From an uncultured archaeon (GTDB lineage Archaea; Asgardarchaeota; Jordiarchaeia; Jordiarchaeales; Jordiarchaeaceae), in contig CAZECW010000140.1 of assembly GCA_964510585.1 (NCBI GenBank), forward strand, positions 22,135-54,134: DNA of 32,000 nt. Reading direction: 5' to 3'. Below, piece after piece: positions 9,907-18,878 of this stretch. A model generated the notes under the pieces. That model was not told the DNA's origin, did no database searches, and was given only the letters and a program-made list of their open reading frames with translations. Positions within the stretch are counted from its first letter, which is position 1, and every line of letters begins with the position of its first letter. The translations under genes and the position numbers were made by a program.

Positions 9907-10062
9907 TGGAGCCCCGGGCGAGGTTTTTGGAGCAGCAGAAATTGCAAGCTCTATCGAACTCGCGACCGTCAGCTTACTCAGACCACACTTTGAATGTGTG
10001 ATTGTACGAGGCTGCTGCTCTGCCACTGAGCTGTCTCGCCTCTGTTTCAGAGGAACCGAGGC
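9907..10062 (-). tRNA. tRNA-Thr(CGT) with three introns (10033-10054 at 8/9, 9975-10004 at 37/38, 9924-9952 at 59/60); CCA encoded
   Basis: Acceptor GCCTCGG/CCGGGGC, U73-CCA, D-arm GCTC-AGTGGCA-GAGC, loop CT-CGT-AA, T-arm GCGAG-TTCGATC-CTCGC; each intron has BHB geometry. Confidence 0.9.
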
Positions 10063-10212
10063 TCACCGAAGGCTCCATCTTTTACTAAAGAGTTCAAAGC
10101 ATTAATAATCTTTACTATGTGTGTCCAATGTGTCAATTTTTAATGTTAAAAAATCGAAGGATAACTAAGCGGGAAGCGGCATAAAAGATTCATTTAGTTG
10201 TTTTGGGAGTGA

Positions 10213-10357
10213 TGGTGCTCCGGCCGGGAGGCTCAAACTAAGTTTAAAGGTTAGCTTAGTTATTTGAACCCGGGTCAAAGGATCGATTGGGCAGATTTTC
10301 TTGAGCCCCTTATGCTTGGTCCATTTGGTTTGTTTGACCGGACTACACCACCGGAGC
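10213..10357 (-). tRNA. tRNA-Glu(CTC) with three introns (10316-10333 at 21/22, 10287-10302 at 34/35, 10230-10262 at 59/60); CCA encoded
   Basis: Acceptor GCTCCGG/CCGGAGC-A-CCA, GTGTAGTCCGGTCAA D-arm, variable TGAC; central helices GGTC/GACC, GGGC/GCCC, TTCA/TGAG. Confidence 0.9.
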
Positions 10358-10394
10358 ACCCTTAAGGAATGTTTTTCAAACCCATTTTTAAATT

Positions 10395-10874
10395 TTATTC
10401 AAAATTCCAAATATCGTCTCCAACGTGGTGCAGATTCTTTATAGCGGGTCCTTTGCTGGAACTTTTTATGGTTTGTGCATCCATAAGTGCTAGCCCTACG
10501 GCTAATGGTTTATCATGTTTTTCATCTGTGACCACGACTAGGGAGAATTGCTTTATGTTGTCGTCGACTTTGACGATTCCTGGAACCATGACGTCGGCTC
10601 CTTTGGTGATGAAGCCAACAGCGCCCATATCTACGGTGACTTTTGGGAGTTTTATAGCTCCGTTCAATATGGCTTTAAGGGTGGGAAAAAGTAGGTCTAC
10701 CATGCGAATAAGGAAGGGAGCCCCATCTACAAGATACAAATGAAGATCGTCTTTCAATACTCCGTACTCTACCTTTTCGGGAATGGAAAAGTTCTCTCCT
10801 AAACGCTCTCTTAGCTCCTTTTCCAATTTTTTAATTTCTTTATCGCGTAAGAAGTGACGATTCTTCAACTTCAA
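10395..10874 (-). CDS. PUA-domain RNA-binding protein (MCT-1/Tma20-like)
   Basis: RHFLRDKEIKKL N-terminus, VTVDMGAVGFITKGADVMVPGI PUA motif, LHHVGD; TTG start with GAGGCGG SD; divergent from lsm. Confidence 0.9.
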   Translation of the reverse strand: MKLKNRHFLRDKEIKKLEKELRERLGENFSIPEKVEYGVLKDDLHLYLVDGAPFLIRMVDLLFPTLKAILNGAIKLPKVTVDMGAVGFITKGADVMVPGIVKVDDNIKQFSLVVVTDEKHDKPLAVGLALMDAQTIKSSSKGPAIKNLHHVGDDIWNFE

Positions 10875-11216
10875 GAATACCGCCTCAACATAGACACTAA
10901 AACCTTTTTCTCATCCTTATTACAAACTTTCTATTTCCACATGAAATTCTCTAAAATATTATGACTTACTTAAAATAATAAGCTCTAAATATTTCAAAGT
11001 TGCGGAAAATGATATTAACCGCCCCAAAAACATATTACTATGGGTATTATATTAGTCCAAGTGTTTATAAAATTGGACTCAAAAAGAATATAATATCCGA
11101 ACAACAAGATTAAAATATATTTGGATATGACGATTGTAATCCGATATACTTAAATATTAACCTAATTCCAACAGAAAATACACAACCATATTTTTTCTAA
11201 AGGAGAGAAAAGCGTA

Positions 11217-11462
11217 ATGAGCGAATCAGGTATAACAAAACCTCTTGACCTACTTAACAGATCACTCGAAGCTAGAGTACTCGTTAAACTCAAAGGAGGA
11301 CGAGAACTTAGAGGCAAACTCAAAGGATTCGACCTCCACATGAATCTCATACTAGATGAAGCAGAAGAAGTAATAGATAAAGACAACAATAAAAAGGTAG
11401 GAACCGTAATAGTGAGAGGAGACAATGTGATCCTCCTCAGTCCTGGAATAAAAACAGAATAA
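11217..11462 (+). CDS. lsm: Sm-like (Lsm/SmAP1) protein
   Basis: Sm1 GKLKGFDLHMNLIL and Sm2 VIVRGDNV; followed by rpl37e as in the conserved archaeal pair. Confidence 0.95.
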   Translation: MSESGITKPLDLLNRSLEARVLVKLKGGRELRGKLKGFDLHMNLILDEAEEVIDKDNNKKVGTVIVRGDNVILLSPGIKTE

Positions 11463-11492
11463 AACATAAAATAATTCATAATAGGGATTGCA

Positions 11493-11678
11493 ATGACTAA
11501 AGGAACACCAAGCAAAGGCAAAAGAGACACAAAAACGCATATAAGATGCCGAAGATGTGGAAAACACTCATACCACGCCACAAAAAAGTACTGTGCAGCT
11601 TGTGGCTATGGAAGATCCAAAAGATTTAGAAGATACAGCTGGCAAAACAAAAAAATCAGAGGAAATAGACTAAAATAA
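11493..11678 (+). CDS. rpl37e: 50S ribosomal protein L37e
   Basis: [16 protein letters not shown]...CAACGYG zinc finger. Confidence 0.96.
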   Translation: MTKGTPSKGKRDTKTHIRCRRCGKHSYHATKKYCAACGYGRSKRFRRYSWQNKKIRGNRLK

Positions 11679-11736
11679 AGATAAAAAGTGTTTCTAATGG
11701 CAGAAAATAGGAGCGCCAATTAAAAAATTAGAGGGT

Positions 11737-11861
11737 GGGCCCATAGCTCAGCCTGGTATGAGCGCCGCGTTACTCATACCCTACTAACAAGGGCATGAGG
11801 GCGAAGGCAAGCTATCCCAAAATCGCGGAGGCCGCGAGTTCAAATCTCGCTGGGTCCACCA
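11737..11861 (+). tRNA. tRNA-Ala(GGC) with two introns (11772-11805 at 33/34, 11810-11822 at 37/38) and a 4-nt anticodon exon; CCA encoded
   Basis: G3:U70 acceptor GGGCCCA/TGGGTCC-A-CCA, Ala-type D-arm GCTCAGCCTGGTATGAGC, stem CCGCG/CGCGG; spliced loop TT-GGC-AT. Confidence 0.85.
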
Positions 11862-12306
11862 ATAATAATTAGTTTACCTGCCTTGGTGATGGGATAAGGA
11901 AGCTTAATATCAGAGAAGAATATTGGTTTTTATTGGTGTTATTATCTCAATATTTTATGTATTACCTAGTTCCTAGGTTTCTTGGTTATTCTTCACTATA
12001 CGAACGAATAGGGAAGAGAGACTGGAGACTAAAATCTCAATTATCATTCACCCTAAAAATTTAAATCAACATTAAAAGCCTTATGAATAAAGAGGTCGCG
12101 ATACAGATTTTTCAACTAGATAAAGATAAGAATACTGTCTTCTCCCTTATGCAGATTTGAGGACATATTTTGTAAGATTTACAATTTAAGCTCACTAATT
12201 TATCTTGGGATTCTTTTCAAATTGCAGACATATCTATGTAAAATGCAGAAGAGATGTCAGCCCGAGTAGAATGCTGGGCTTGTGTAGGTTTGATTTAAAA
12301 GAGAGG

Positions 12307-12407
12307 TGGTGGACACTGCGAGATTTGAACTCGCGGCCTCCTGGATGCGAACCAGGCGCTCTTGGATACCGCTTGTTTGGCGGAATCTTCCACTGAGCTA
12401 AGTGCCC
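12307..12407 (-). tRNA. tRNA-Ala(CGC) with one 26-nt intron (12361-12386 at 22/23); CCA encoded
   Basis: G3:U70 acceptor GGGCACT/AGTGTCC, arm CCTGG-TT-CGC-AT-CCAGG, central helix TGGA/TCCA with outer CCGC/GCGG. Confidence 0.92.
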
Positions 12408-12603
12408 TTTTTTTGTTATCTTTTTTCTTCTGCAGGAGTTTTTTAGATTTTTGGATATTTTAGCTTTTCTAGTTCAAATAGTTCATCCCTAAACTATTTA
12501 AAGCATTTTTGCATATGAGTTGAGGGAACAACAGGTTTTTGGTTGTGAAAACCTGTGATATCTTAATAGATTCGGTTTTACAGTTTTGTAGAAGGGCTTT
12601 GAA

Positions 12604-15057
12604 GTGAACGAACCTAAGCTCAGGAGTAAAAGATGGGATCTAAGTAAGGAATCAGAAATTTGGGAACTTTGGCAGAAGGAAGAAATATACAAGTTTAACA
12701 CAAACAGCGGTAAACCCATTTTTATTATTGATAATCCTCCCCCATATGTTTCCGGAAGATGGCATGTCGGCGGTGCTATTCACTACGCTGCGATTGATTA
12801 CATTGCACGTTTCATAAGGATGAAAGGATACGAAGTTCACTATAAGTTTGGCTTGGATCGTAATGGATTACCTGTCGAAGTCAGTGTGGAGAAAGAGTTT
12901 GGGATTAAGATGAGGGAGACGCCACGAGAGGAATTCATCGCCAAGTGTAAGCAGTACCTTGATACGGTTGGAGACTCGATACTGAATATTTGCAAAAAAC
13001 TTGGTTTTTCCAATAATTCTTGGAAGTGGGAAGAAATATACAAAACGGATCATGAAACTTACAGAGCTCTAACGCAGGAAACGTTTATTCAACTATGGAA
13101 TGAAGGGTTAATCTATGAGGATGATCGGCCGAACAGCTGGTGCACAGATTGTCAAACAGTCATAGCAGATGCCGAAGTAGAACGTAGAGAACAGGTTACT
13201 ACACTTGTCACAATCAACTTTAAAGTTAAGGAGAGCGGAGAAAACCTACCTATAGCCACTACCAGACCTGAACTGATATGTGCCTGTGACGCAGTTCTAG
13301 TTAATCCCGAGGATGAAAGATATAAACAGTTACATGGAAAAACAGCAATTACGCCCCTCTACAATAAGGAGGTACGCATTATTCCGCATCCCTCAGCCAA
13401 ACCAGAATTCGGTACGGGTGCGCTCATGGTTTGCTCTTATGGAGACATTACCGATTTGAGACATTTTAGAGAATTAAACCTTAAGCCAACATTTTCTATC
13501 GATAAAGATGGCTATATGACTGAAGCAGCCGGTAAATACAGGGGCATGAAAGTTGAAGAGGCAAGGAAGGCTATCGTTAATGATTTGAAAAGCCAAGGGT
13601 TATTAGTGAGGGAAGAAAAAATCACGCAAAGCCAACCGATATGCTGGAGAAGTAAAACGCCTATAGAATTCGTGGGTATGAAAGAGTATTATCTTAAACA
13701 GGTCGACTTCATTGAACCATTAAAGGAGATAACCGAAGACATCATCTGGCATCCACCTACTGCAAAGAAGCTTTGGCTTGATTGGCTGAACTCAATCACT
13801 ATGGACTGGCCCATATCTCGTCGAAGATACTATGGAACAGAAATACCTATATGGTACTGTAAATCATGTGGAGAGCCACACCTACCAAAACCCGGAAAAT
13901 ACTACCAGCCATGGAGAGAAAAAGCGCCATTCGACAAATGTAAGAAGTGCGGCTCAACAGAGGGATTCATAGGAGATGAACGCACACTAGACACTTGGAT
14001 GGACTCCTCAATCAGTCCTCTATATATATTAAAATATCCCCATGCATCAAATGATACTGAGTTCTTCGAAAGAGAAATCAAAAGGGATTATGTATCAGAC
14101 CTCCGACCTCAGGGAAGAGACATAATAGGGACATGGCTCAGTTACTCGCTACTCCGAATATATCAACTCTATAAAAAACCCGCGTTTAAACACGTGTGGA
14201 TAAGCGGCCACGTAGTAGACGCTGAAGGAAGAAAACTATCAAAAAGCCTCGGAAATGTGATCTATCCAGAACCACTCATCGAAAAATACGGTGCAGATGC
14301 AGTAAGACTGTATGGGGCAATGGCAAGCACATTAGGCTCCGATATCAGATTTGATGAGAAACGTCTAGGTGGAATCAGCAGATTCATAAACAAACTGTAC
14401 AACATAGCTAGATTTATATCCACATTCCCAGAGCCTAAAGAAGACGAAATAAAACTCTCAGCTACAGACAAATGGATAATCTCAGAACTAAACAAACTAA
14501 TACAAAGGGTAAATGAAAGCTACGAAACATTTGACTTCCATATCGGAGCCGAAGAAATATATAATTATGTATGGAACATCTTTGCAAGCCATATAGTAGA
14601 AATGGTTAAAACTAGGGCTTATAACCGAAATCACGACTTTACAGAAATAGAGCAAAAAAACGCAGAATGGACGTTACATCAGTGCCTTAAAACCATACTG
14701 AAACTCCTTGCACCAATTACGCCCTTCGTAACAGACTACATATGGAGAAGCATTTACAGTAAAGAAAGCATACACATACAAAAATTTCCAGAAGCCGACC
14801 CTAGACTAATACTAACCGAAGACCCGACGCCCATAATAATTAAAACGAACTCCGCAATTTGGAAAGCCAAAAAAGACGCCAACATATCTCTAAAACAACC
14901 CATAGAATATGCGAATCTACCAAAAGAACTAGAGCCATTCGCACAAGACCTAAAACAAATGCACAACATAAAACAAGTCACATTCATGGATCAACCCAAA
15001 CTAAAAAATGTAAAAACCTATCAAGTTGAAGAAAAAGAAATCCAAATCAAAATCTAA
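12604..15057 (+). CDS. valS: Valine--tRNA ligase, archaeal type
   Basis: DNPPPYVSGRWHVGG (HIGH variant), GTGALMVCSYGD editing motif, DWPISRRRYYG, KLSKS (KMSKS variant). Confidence 0.93.
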   Translation: MNEPKLRSKRWDLSKESEIWELWQKEEIYKFNTNSGKPIFIIDNPPPYVSGRWHVGGAIHYAAIDYIARFIRMKGYEVHYKFGLDRNGLPVEVSVEKEFGIKMRETPREEFIAKCKQYLDTVGDSILNICKKLGFSNNSWKWEEIYKTDHETYRALTQETFIQLWNEGLIYEDDRPNSWCTDCQTVIADAEVERREQVTTLVTINFKVKESGENLPIATTRPELICACDAVLVNPEDERYKQLHGKTAITPLYNKEVRIIPHPSAKPEFGTGALMVCSYGDITDLRHFRELNLKPTFSIDKDGYMTEAAGKYRGMKVEEARKAIVNDLKSQGLLVREEKITQSQPICWRSKTPIEFVGMKEYYLKQVDFIEPLKEITEDIIWHPPTAKKLWLDWLNSITMDWPISRRRYYGTEIPIWYCKSCGEPHLPKPGKYYQPWREKAPFDKCKKCGSTEGFIGDERTLDTWMDSSISPLYILKYPHASNDTEFFEREIKRDYVSDLRPQGRDIIGTWLSYSLLRIYQLYKKPAFKHVWISGHVVDAEGRKLSKSLGNVIYPEPLIEKYGADAVRLYGAMASTLGSDIRFDEKRLGGISRFINKLYNIARFISTFPEPKEDEIKLSATDKWIISELNKLIQRVNESYETFDFHIGAEEIYNYVWNIFASHIVEMVKTRAYNRNHDFTEIEQKNAEWTLHQCLKTILKLLAPITPFVTDYIWRSIYSKESIHIQKFPEADPRLILTEDPTPIIIKTNSAIWKAKKDANISLKQPIEYANLPKELEPFAQDLKQMHNIKQVTFMDQPKLKNVKTYQVEEKEIQIKI

Positions 15058-15104
15058 TAGAAACCAAAATCCTTGACCTACAGGAACCGAAGCGGGGAAT
15101 CTAA

Positions 15105-15638
15105 TTATAGCATATACTTCTCATACAACCTTTTTGCCATTAGCTCAAAAACATCATCAACTTTTTCTCCAGTCTTAGCTGATGTCTCAAAAAATTCTAA
15201 ACCCAACTTGGAGGCCAATTCAGCCCCCACAGCCCTAGAAATCCGTCTATCATTTATTAGATCTGTCTTATTCCCGATAAGGAAACAAGGAATGTTGCCA
15301 CAAATACTCATAACATCATTATGCCAATTAACAATATGTTCGAAGGAAGCTGTATTGGTCACATCGAAAACAATGAAACATCCGCGGGCGCCACTCAAAT
15401 AAAATCTACGTAAAGTCCTATATTGTTCCTGTCCTCCCAAATCCCAGCAAGCCAATTTGATGGCTCTACGCCTATTATCGTCCCCCTTGAGTTCAACAAC
15501 CTTAACGGCAAAATCTGTACCCAGTGTGGGGATGTAACTTTCGACGAATCGCCTTTCCGTATATCTTATTAGTATCGAGGTTTTCCCCACATTTGCATCT
15601 CCCACCAGTACCACTTTGTACATAAATTCTTCAGTCAT
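15105..15638 (-). CDS. Rab-like small GTPase (Ras superfamily)
   Basis: G1 GDANVGKT, G2 PTLGTDF, G3 WDLGGQ, G4 NKTD, G5 ETSAK; GAGG SD. Confidence 0.93.
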   Translation of the reverse strand: MTEEFMYKVVLVGDANVGKTSILIRYTERRFVESYIPTLGTDFAVKVVELKGDDNRRRAIKLACWDLGGQEQYRTLRRFYLSGARGCFIVFDVTNTASFEHIVNWHNDVMSICGNIPCFLIGNKTDLINDRRISRAVGAELASKLGLEFFETSAKTGEKVDDVFELMAKRLYEKYML

Positions 15639-15741
15639 TGGTGCTGCCTCAGATTGTTCTTTATTTAGGAATTTTATTTTTCATTGTGATTTTATTTATC
15701 ATTGAACTTTTAATAATTTTCCTAGTATTTTTTTAAGGGTT

Positions 15742-16563
15742 TTATTTTTGATTTCTTGTTAGTTCTTCTATTCTTTTTTTGGCGGGTATGTTAAGGGATA
15801 ATAGTCTTTCCGTTAAGTATTCGAATGGTCTTACGTATGTGGGATTTCGGATCCATATTCCTAGGTCGTAAACTAGGAGTGGTTCCCACTTTCCTATGAA
15901 GGTGACTAAACAGTCTTTGCCGTCTGCTATATATGTTCCTATGGGGATTTCTCCGAGAGTCCAGTGGTATATAGTTCCATTTTGGCTTAGTTTTTGGGCT
16001 ATTTCTAGTGTGTTTTTGTCAATTTTCCATCCCGCGATAACTTCTACTTTTTGTTGGACTTTTTCTTCCAGTATTTTAAATATTCTGTTCGGCTCCTTGT
16101 CTGATTTCGTGAATGTAGGAGTTATTATAGAGTGTATACTGTTTCTTGCGCGTTGCAGTATATCTTCTATTATTTCGTTTATTCTCTTTTCTCCATCTAT
16201 CAACCAAGCAGTGGGTACTCTTCCTGGTGCTACGACTTGCCCTTCTTGGAACCATTTCTTAAGGTTCTGAGCATATTGTTCTTTATTTTTCAGGTCTTTT
16301 TCCACATCTGCGAGAACTATGTCGGGAGGGACTGCGGAGTAAAGCGGGGCGCGTTTTACAGCTTCTCTTTCTGCGTATCCTTTTCTTATTAATTTCTTTA
16401 GAACTGCATAGACGTTTGGTCGGGGCACTCCTGAGAGGTTTGATAATTGTGTTGGGTTTAGAGAGCCTTCAGTTACTAGTGTTATGTAAACTCTAGCCTC
16501 GTAGTCAGTGAAGCCAATTTTTTGCATGAATTCTAGTACCTTTTCTTTTTCTACTGGGCTCAT
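15742..16563 (-). CDS. TrmB-family transcriptional regulator
   Basis: GFTDYEARVYITL...SGVPRPNVYAVLKKL wHTH plus effector-binding domain; ATG at 16563 preferred. Confidence 0.88.
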   Translation of the reverse strand: MSPVEKEKVLEFMQKIGFTDYEARVYITLVTEGSLNPTQLSNLSGVPRPNVYAVLKKLIRKGYAEREAVKRAPLYSAVPPDIVLADVEKDLKNKEQYAQNLKKWFQEGQVVAPGRVPTAWLIDGEKRINEIIEDILQRARNSIHSIITPTFTKSDKEPNRIFKILEEKVQQKVEVIAGWKIDKNTLEIAQKLSQNGTIYHWTLGEIPIGTYIADGKDCLVTFIGKWEPLLVYDLGIWIRNPTYVRPFEYLTERLLSLNIPAKKRIEELTRNQK

Positions 16564-16981
16564 TATACTCACACCGTTTACTTTTACACTGACTATATTA
16601 GAGAGAAAGTTTGGGAGTGGTAGTGGATTTAAAGATGGCTTTTAGAATGATTTTATCCCCTTCTGGAACTAAACTTGTAGTAGGTTGCTACTTTCTAGGA
16701 TATGCTTATTTTTCGGTAATTTAAGTTTTTCTGTTGCATTAATACATCATTATAGGGAATTTATAGTTTTCTTTTTATATTTATTATTATGAAGTATATA
16801 GTTAATTTATTTTGAATATTATTAATTTTCTTCTTATAGAAACCAAAATATTTATGTAGTAGAATAACAAAAATATGGATAGAAATATTTGTAGCTTAGC
16901 TACATTATTCTCATCCCCCTACCAACCTAAAAATGCCCCCACCACCATCAAATAAAGGAGACCCCCAAACGACAAACTCCC

Positions 16982-17009
16982 GGAGGAGAGAAAAAATCTT
17001 CTCTCCTCC
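16982..17009. repeat. Perfect 11-bp inverted repeat (hairpin)
   Basis: GGAGGAGAGAA-aaaatc-TTCTCTCCTCC in the aRF1-trmB intergenic region. Confidence 0.8.
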
Positions 17010-17248
17010 CATCGCTCTGTCAAACCCCAAATTTTTGGGGGGAAAGCACTCTTTTTAATCACTGAAACAATGTAACGATTCTATTTTTGGGGATAAACTT
17101 CTTCGCTCTAATTTTTCCAGTAAAAAAGTCTAGGAACGTCCGTCCAATTGGGGGCGAATCTTGTTGTCTAGCTCCACAAAAGTTAATCCTAAAACTAAAA
17201 GCACTATCTCATACTTTCCAAAGGCTTACAAAAGTATTATCATACATG

Positions 17249-18529
17249 TTAATTGTTGAGATTGTAACGTAGTAGTGCTGCGATGCCGCCGAATGCTTGT
17301 TTTAGCTGTTGTCCCTCTTCTGTCTCTGGGGATATTATTTCTACATTGGCTCCTGTTTGCTCGGCGAGCTCACCTAATTCATCGATTAAGGGTGTAACCT
17401 TTTCGATAGATAGCAGGGAGCTGGCACAATTTGGGCAGCTTCGGCTCTGAGTTTGTTGCTCTAAAGATGGCAATTCACTCTTTTTAATTGTCAATTCTTC
17501 TTGGTATTTGCAGTTAGGACAACTAATTATGACACGTAGTATGTCAAGTTCTTCAGATAGCAGTAAGGTATCTACTGCTCCTTGGTTAAGGGCTTTTCGA
17601 ACTTCCTTTTCTCCATAGGCTACTAAGCTATCGTCCTTCACTAGCTGAGTCAGAAATTTTTGCACTAAAACTTTCTCTTCGGAGTATCGAATGTTTTGAA
17701 GTAGGTCTTGGGATTTATCAATTAGTTCGTCGATTCCGGAGCTTCCAGTATATGCTAAATCAACCACGCCTCGAATGACGTTCTTTAAACGATAGTCGAG
17801 GTAGCTGCTTTCAGCAAATTTATTTTTTGAGGGACCAGGGCCTCCTATTATTATGCCTTTTAAATCTGGAATTTGGAGGTAAAGTTCATTTGCGTACTCT
17901 CCAGCTCGTTTGAAGAATTCATGGCCTGCTTGTTCAATTAGTCTTTCAAATCTTCTTTGTGATTGTCCCCCTGCGTGGTGTTTTCCTGGAGCTCCAGAAG
18001 TAATTTTTTTGAGAATTTCCAAATGGTTTCCTTTCAGAATGGCAAAATCTGCTTCAGATCTATCGATTACTATGAGTCCATAGGTGTCTTTTTCAACCAG
18101 CATATCCTTAAGGGGATCTAAGAAAAATTTACTATCACAGTGGTATTTGTAGATTTTAATAGGTTCAGGTGGAACAATGGTGATAAGCTCCATTCGCTCT
18201 GTGCCTTGGCCGTTGGTAGGAATCGCACCACAGAAAATGACTAAACCAGTAGGTGGAGGTCTGGGCACATTTTTGAGCAGAGCCAGAATTTTTTGAATAG
18301 CATCCATCACATTTTTCCTAGTGGATTTAGACTTGATGTTGGAAGCGGTTCCATACTCTTGTTTTAAGTAGTTGGTAACATCGCTGATTTGCCTGTCTGG
18401 GGGTATGTATAGGGAAACCAGCTCAGTATGATAACCTCTCTTTTTTTCTAGAGCATCCAATTGCTGTTTTAATTTGTATTTTTCAAACGATGACCTTTTT
18501 TTCTGCTCTTGTTGCTCCAATACTGACAC
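17249..18529 (-). CDS. prf1: Peptide chain release factor aRF1
   Basis: TASNIKS, YHCDSKF, HHAGGQSQRRF; C-domain insert with two CPNC motifs. Start could be GTG 18529 or TTG 18520. Confidence 0.96.
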   Translation of the reverse strand: MSVLEQQEQKKRSSFEKYKLKQQLDALEKKRGYHTELVSLYIPPDRQISDVTNYLKQEYGTASNIKSKSTRKNVMDAIQKILALLKNVPRPPPTGLVIFCGAIPTNGQGTERMELITIVPPEPIKIYKYHCDSKFFLDPLKDMLVEKDTYGLIVIDRSEADFAILKGNHLEILKKITSGAPGKHHAGGQSQRRFERLIEQAGHEFFKRAGEYANELYLQIPDLKGIIIGGPGPSKNKFAESSYLDYRLKNVIRGVVDLAYTGSSGIDELIDKSQDLLQNIRYSEEKVLVQKFLTQLVKDDSLVAYGEKEVRKALNQGAVDTLLLSEELDILRVIISCPNCKYQEELTIKKSELPSLEQQTQSRSCPNCASSLLSIEKVTPLIDELGELAEQTGANVEIISPETEEGQQLKQAFGGIAALLRYNLNN

Positions 18530-18878
18530 CTTCTATATTGTAGTTTGATTAAAAACAGGGGGTAACCCCAAAATTTTTAGAGTGGTAAGCTATGAACACA
18601 TGAGATTTCCCTACTCGAAAAGTCAAAGTAGTATCTTTAGTTAATAAAGGTAGATAGAGTTAGTTTATCTAATTTTTGGAATCACCCAATTAACTTTTTC
18701 AAAGGCATACTAAGCAAATACAATTAACAGTATTAAACCTTTCTTAGCTTCTAGTTTCTTTAAAGTGAAGGGGGTTCTTTAATGGGGAGCCTAATTATTT
18801 AAAGGGAGATTCAGCAACATTTAACAAAATATAAAAGATTTTATTATTCGATTTCAAATTGGAGAGTGATTCAACAAA

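Noticed and set aside
9874-10026. N-terminal extension of thiL in the ORF track
   Set aside because: Overlaps tRNA-Thr; ThiL homology starts at M(9873).
11773-11778. CTCATA as a Met/Ile2 CAT anticodon
   Set aside because: It lies 3 nt out of register and forms the intron outer stem; G3:U70 and the spliced TTGGCAT loop indicate Ala(GGC).
11826-12340. Long inverted repeat between the two tRNA-Ala genes
   Set aside because: Simply identical T-arm sequence of two convergent isoacceptors; no integrase or att evidence.
16561-16572. Identical 12-mer GTGAGTATAATG at the starts of trmB and srp54 (30370-30381)
   Set aside because: Largely SD plus start codon; likely coincidence.
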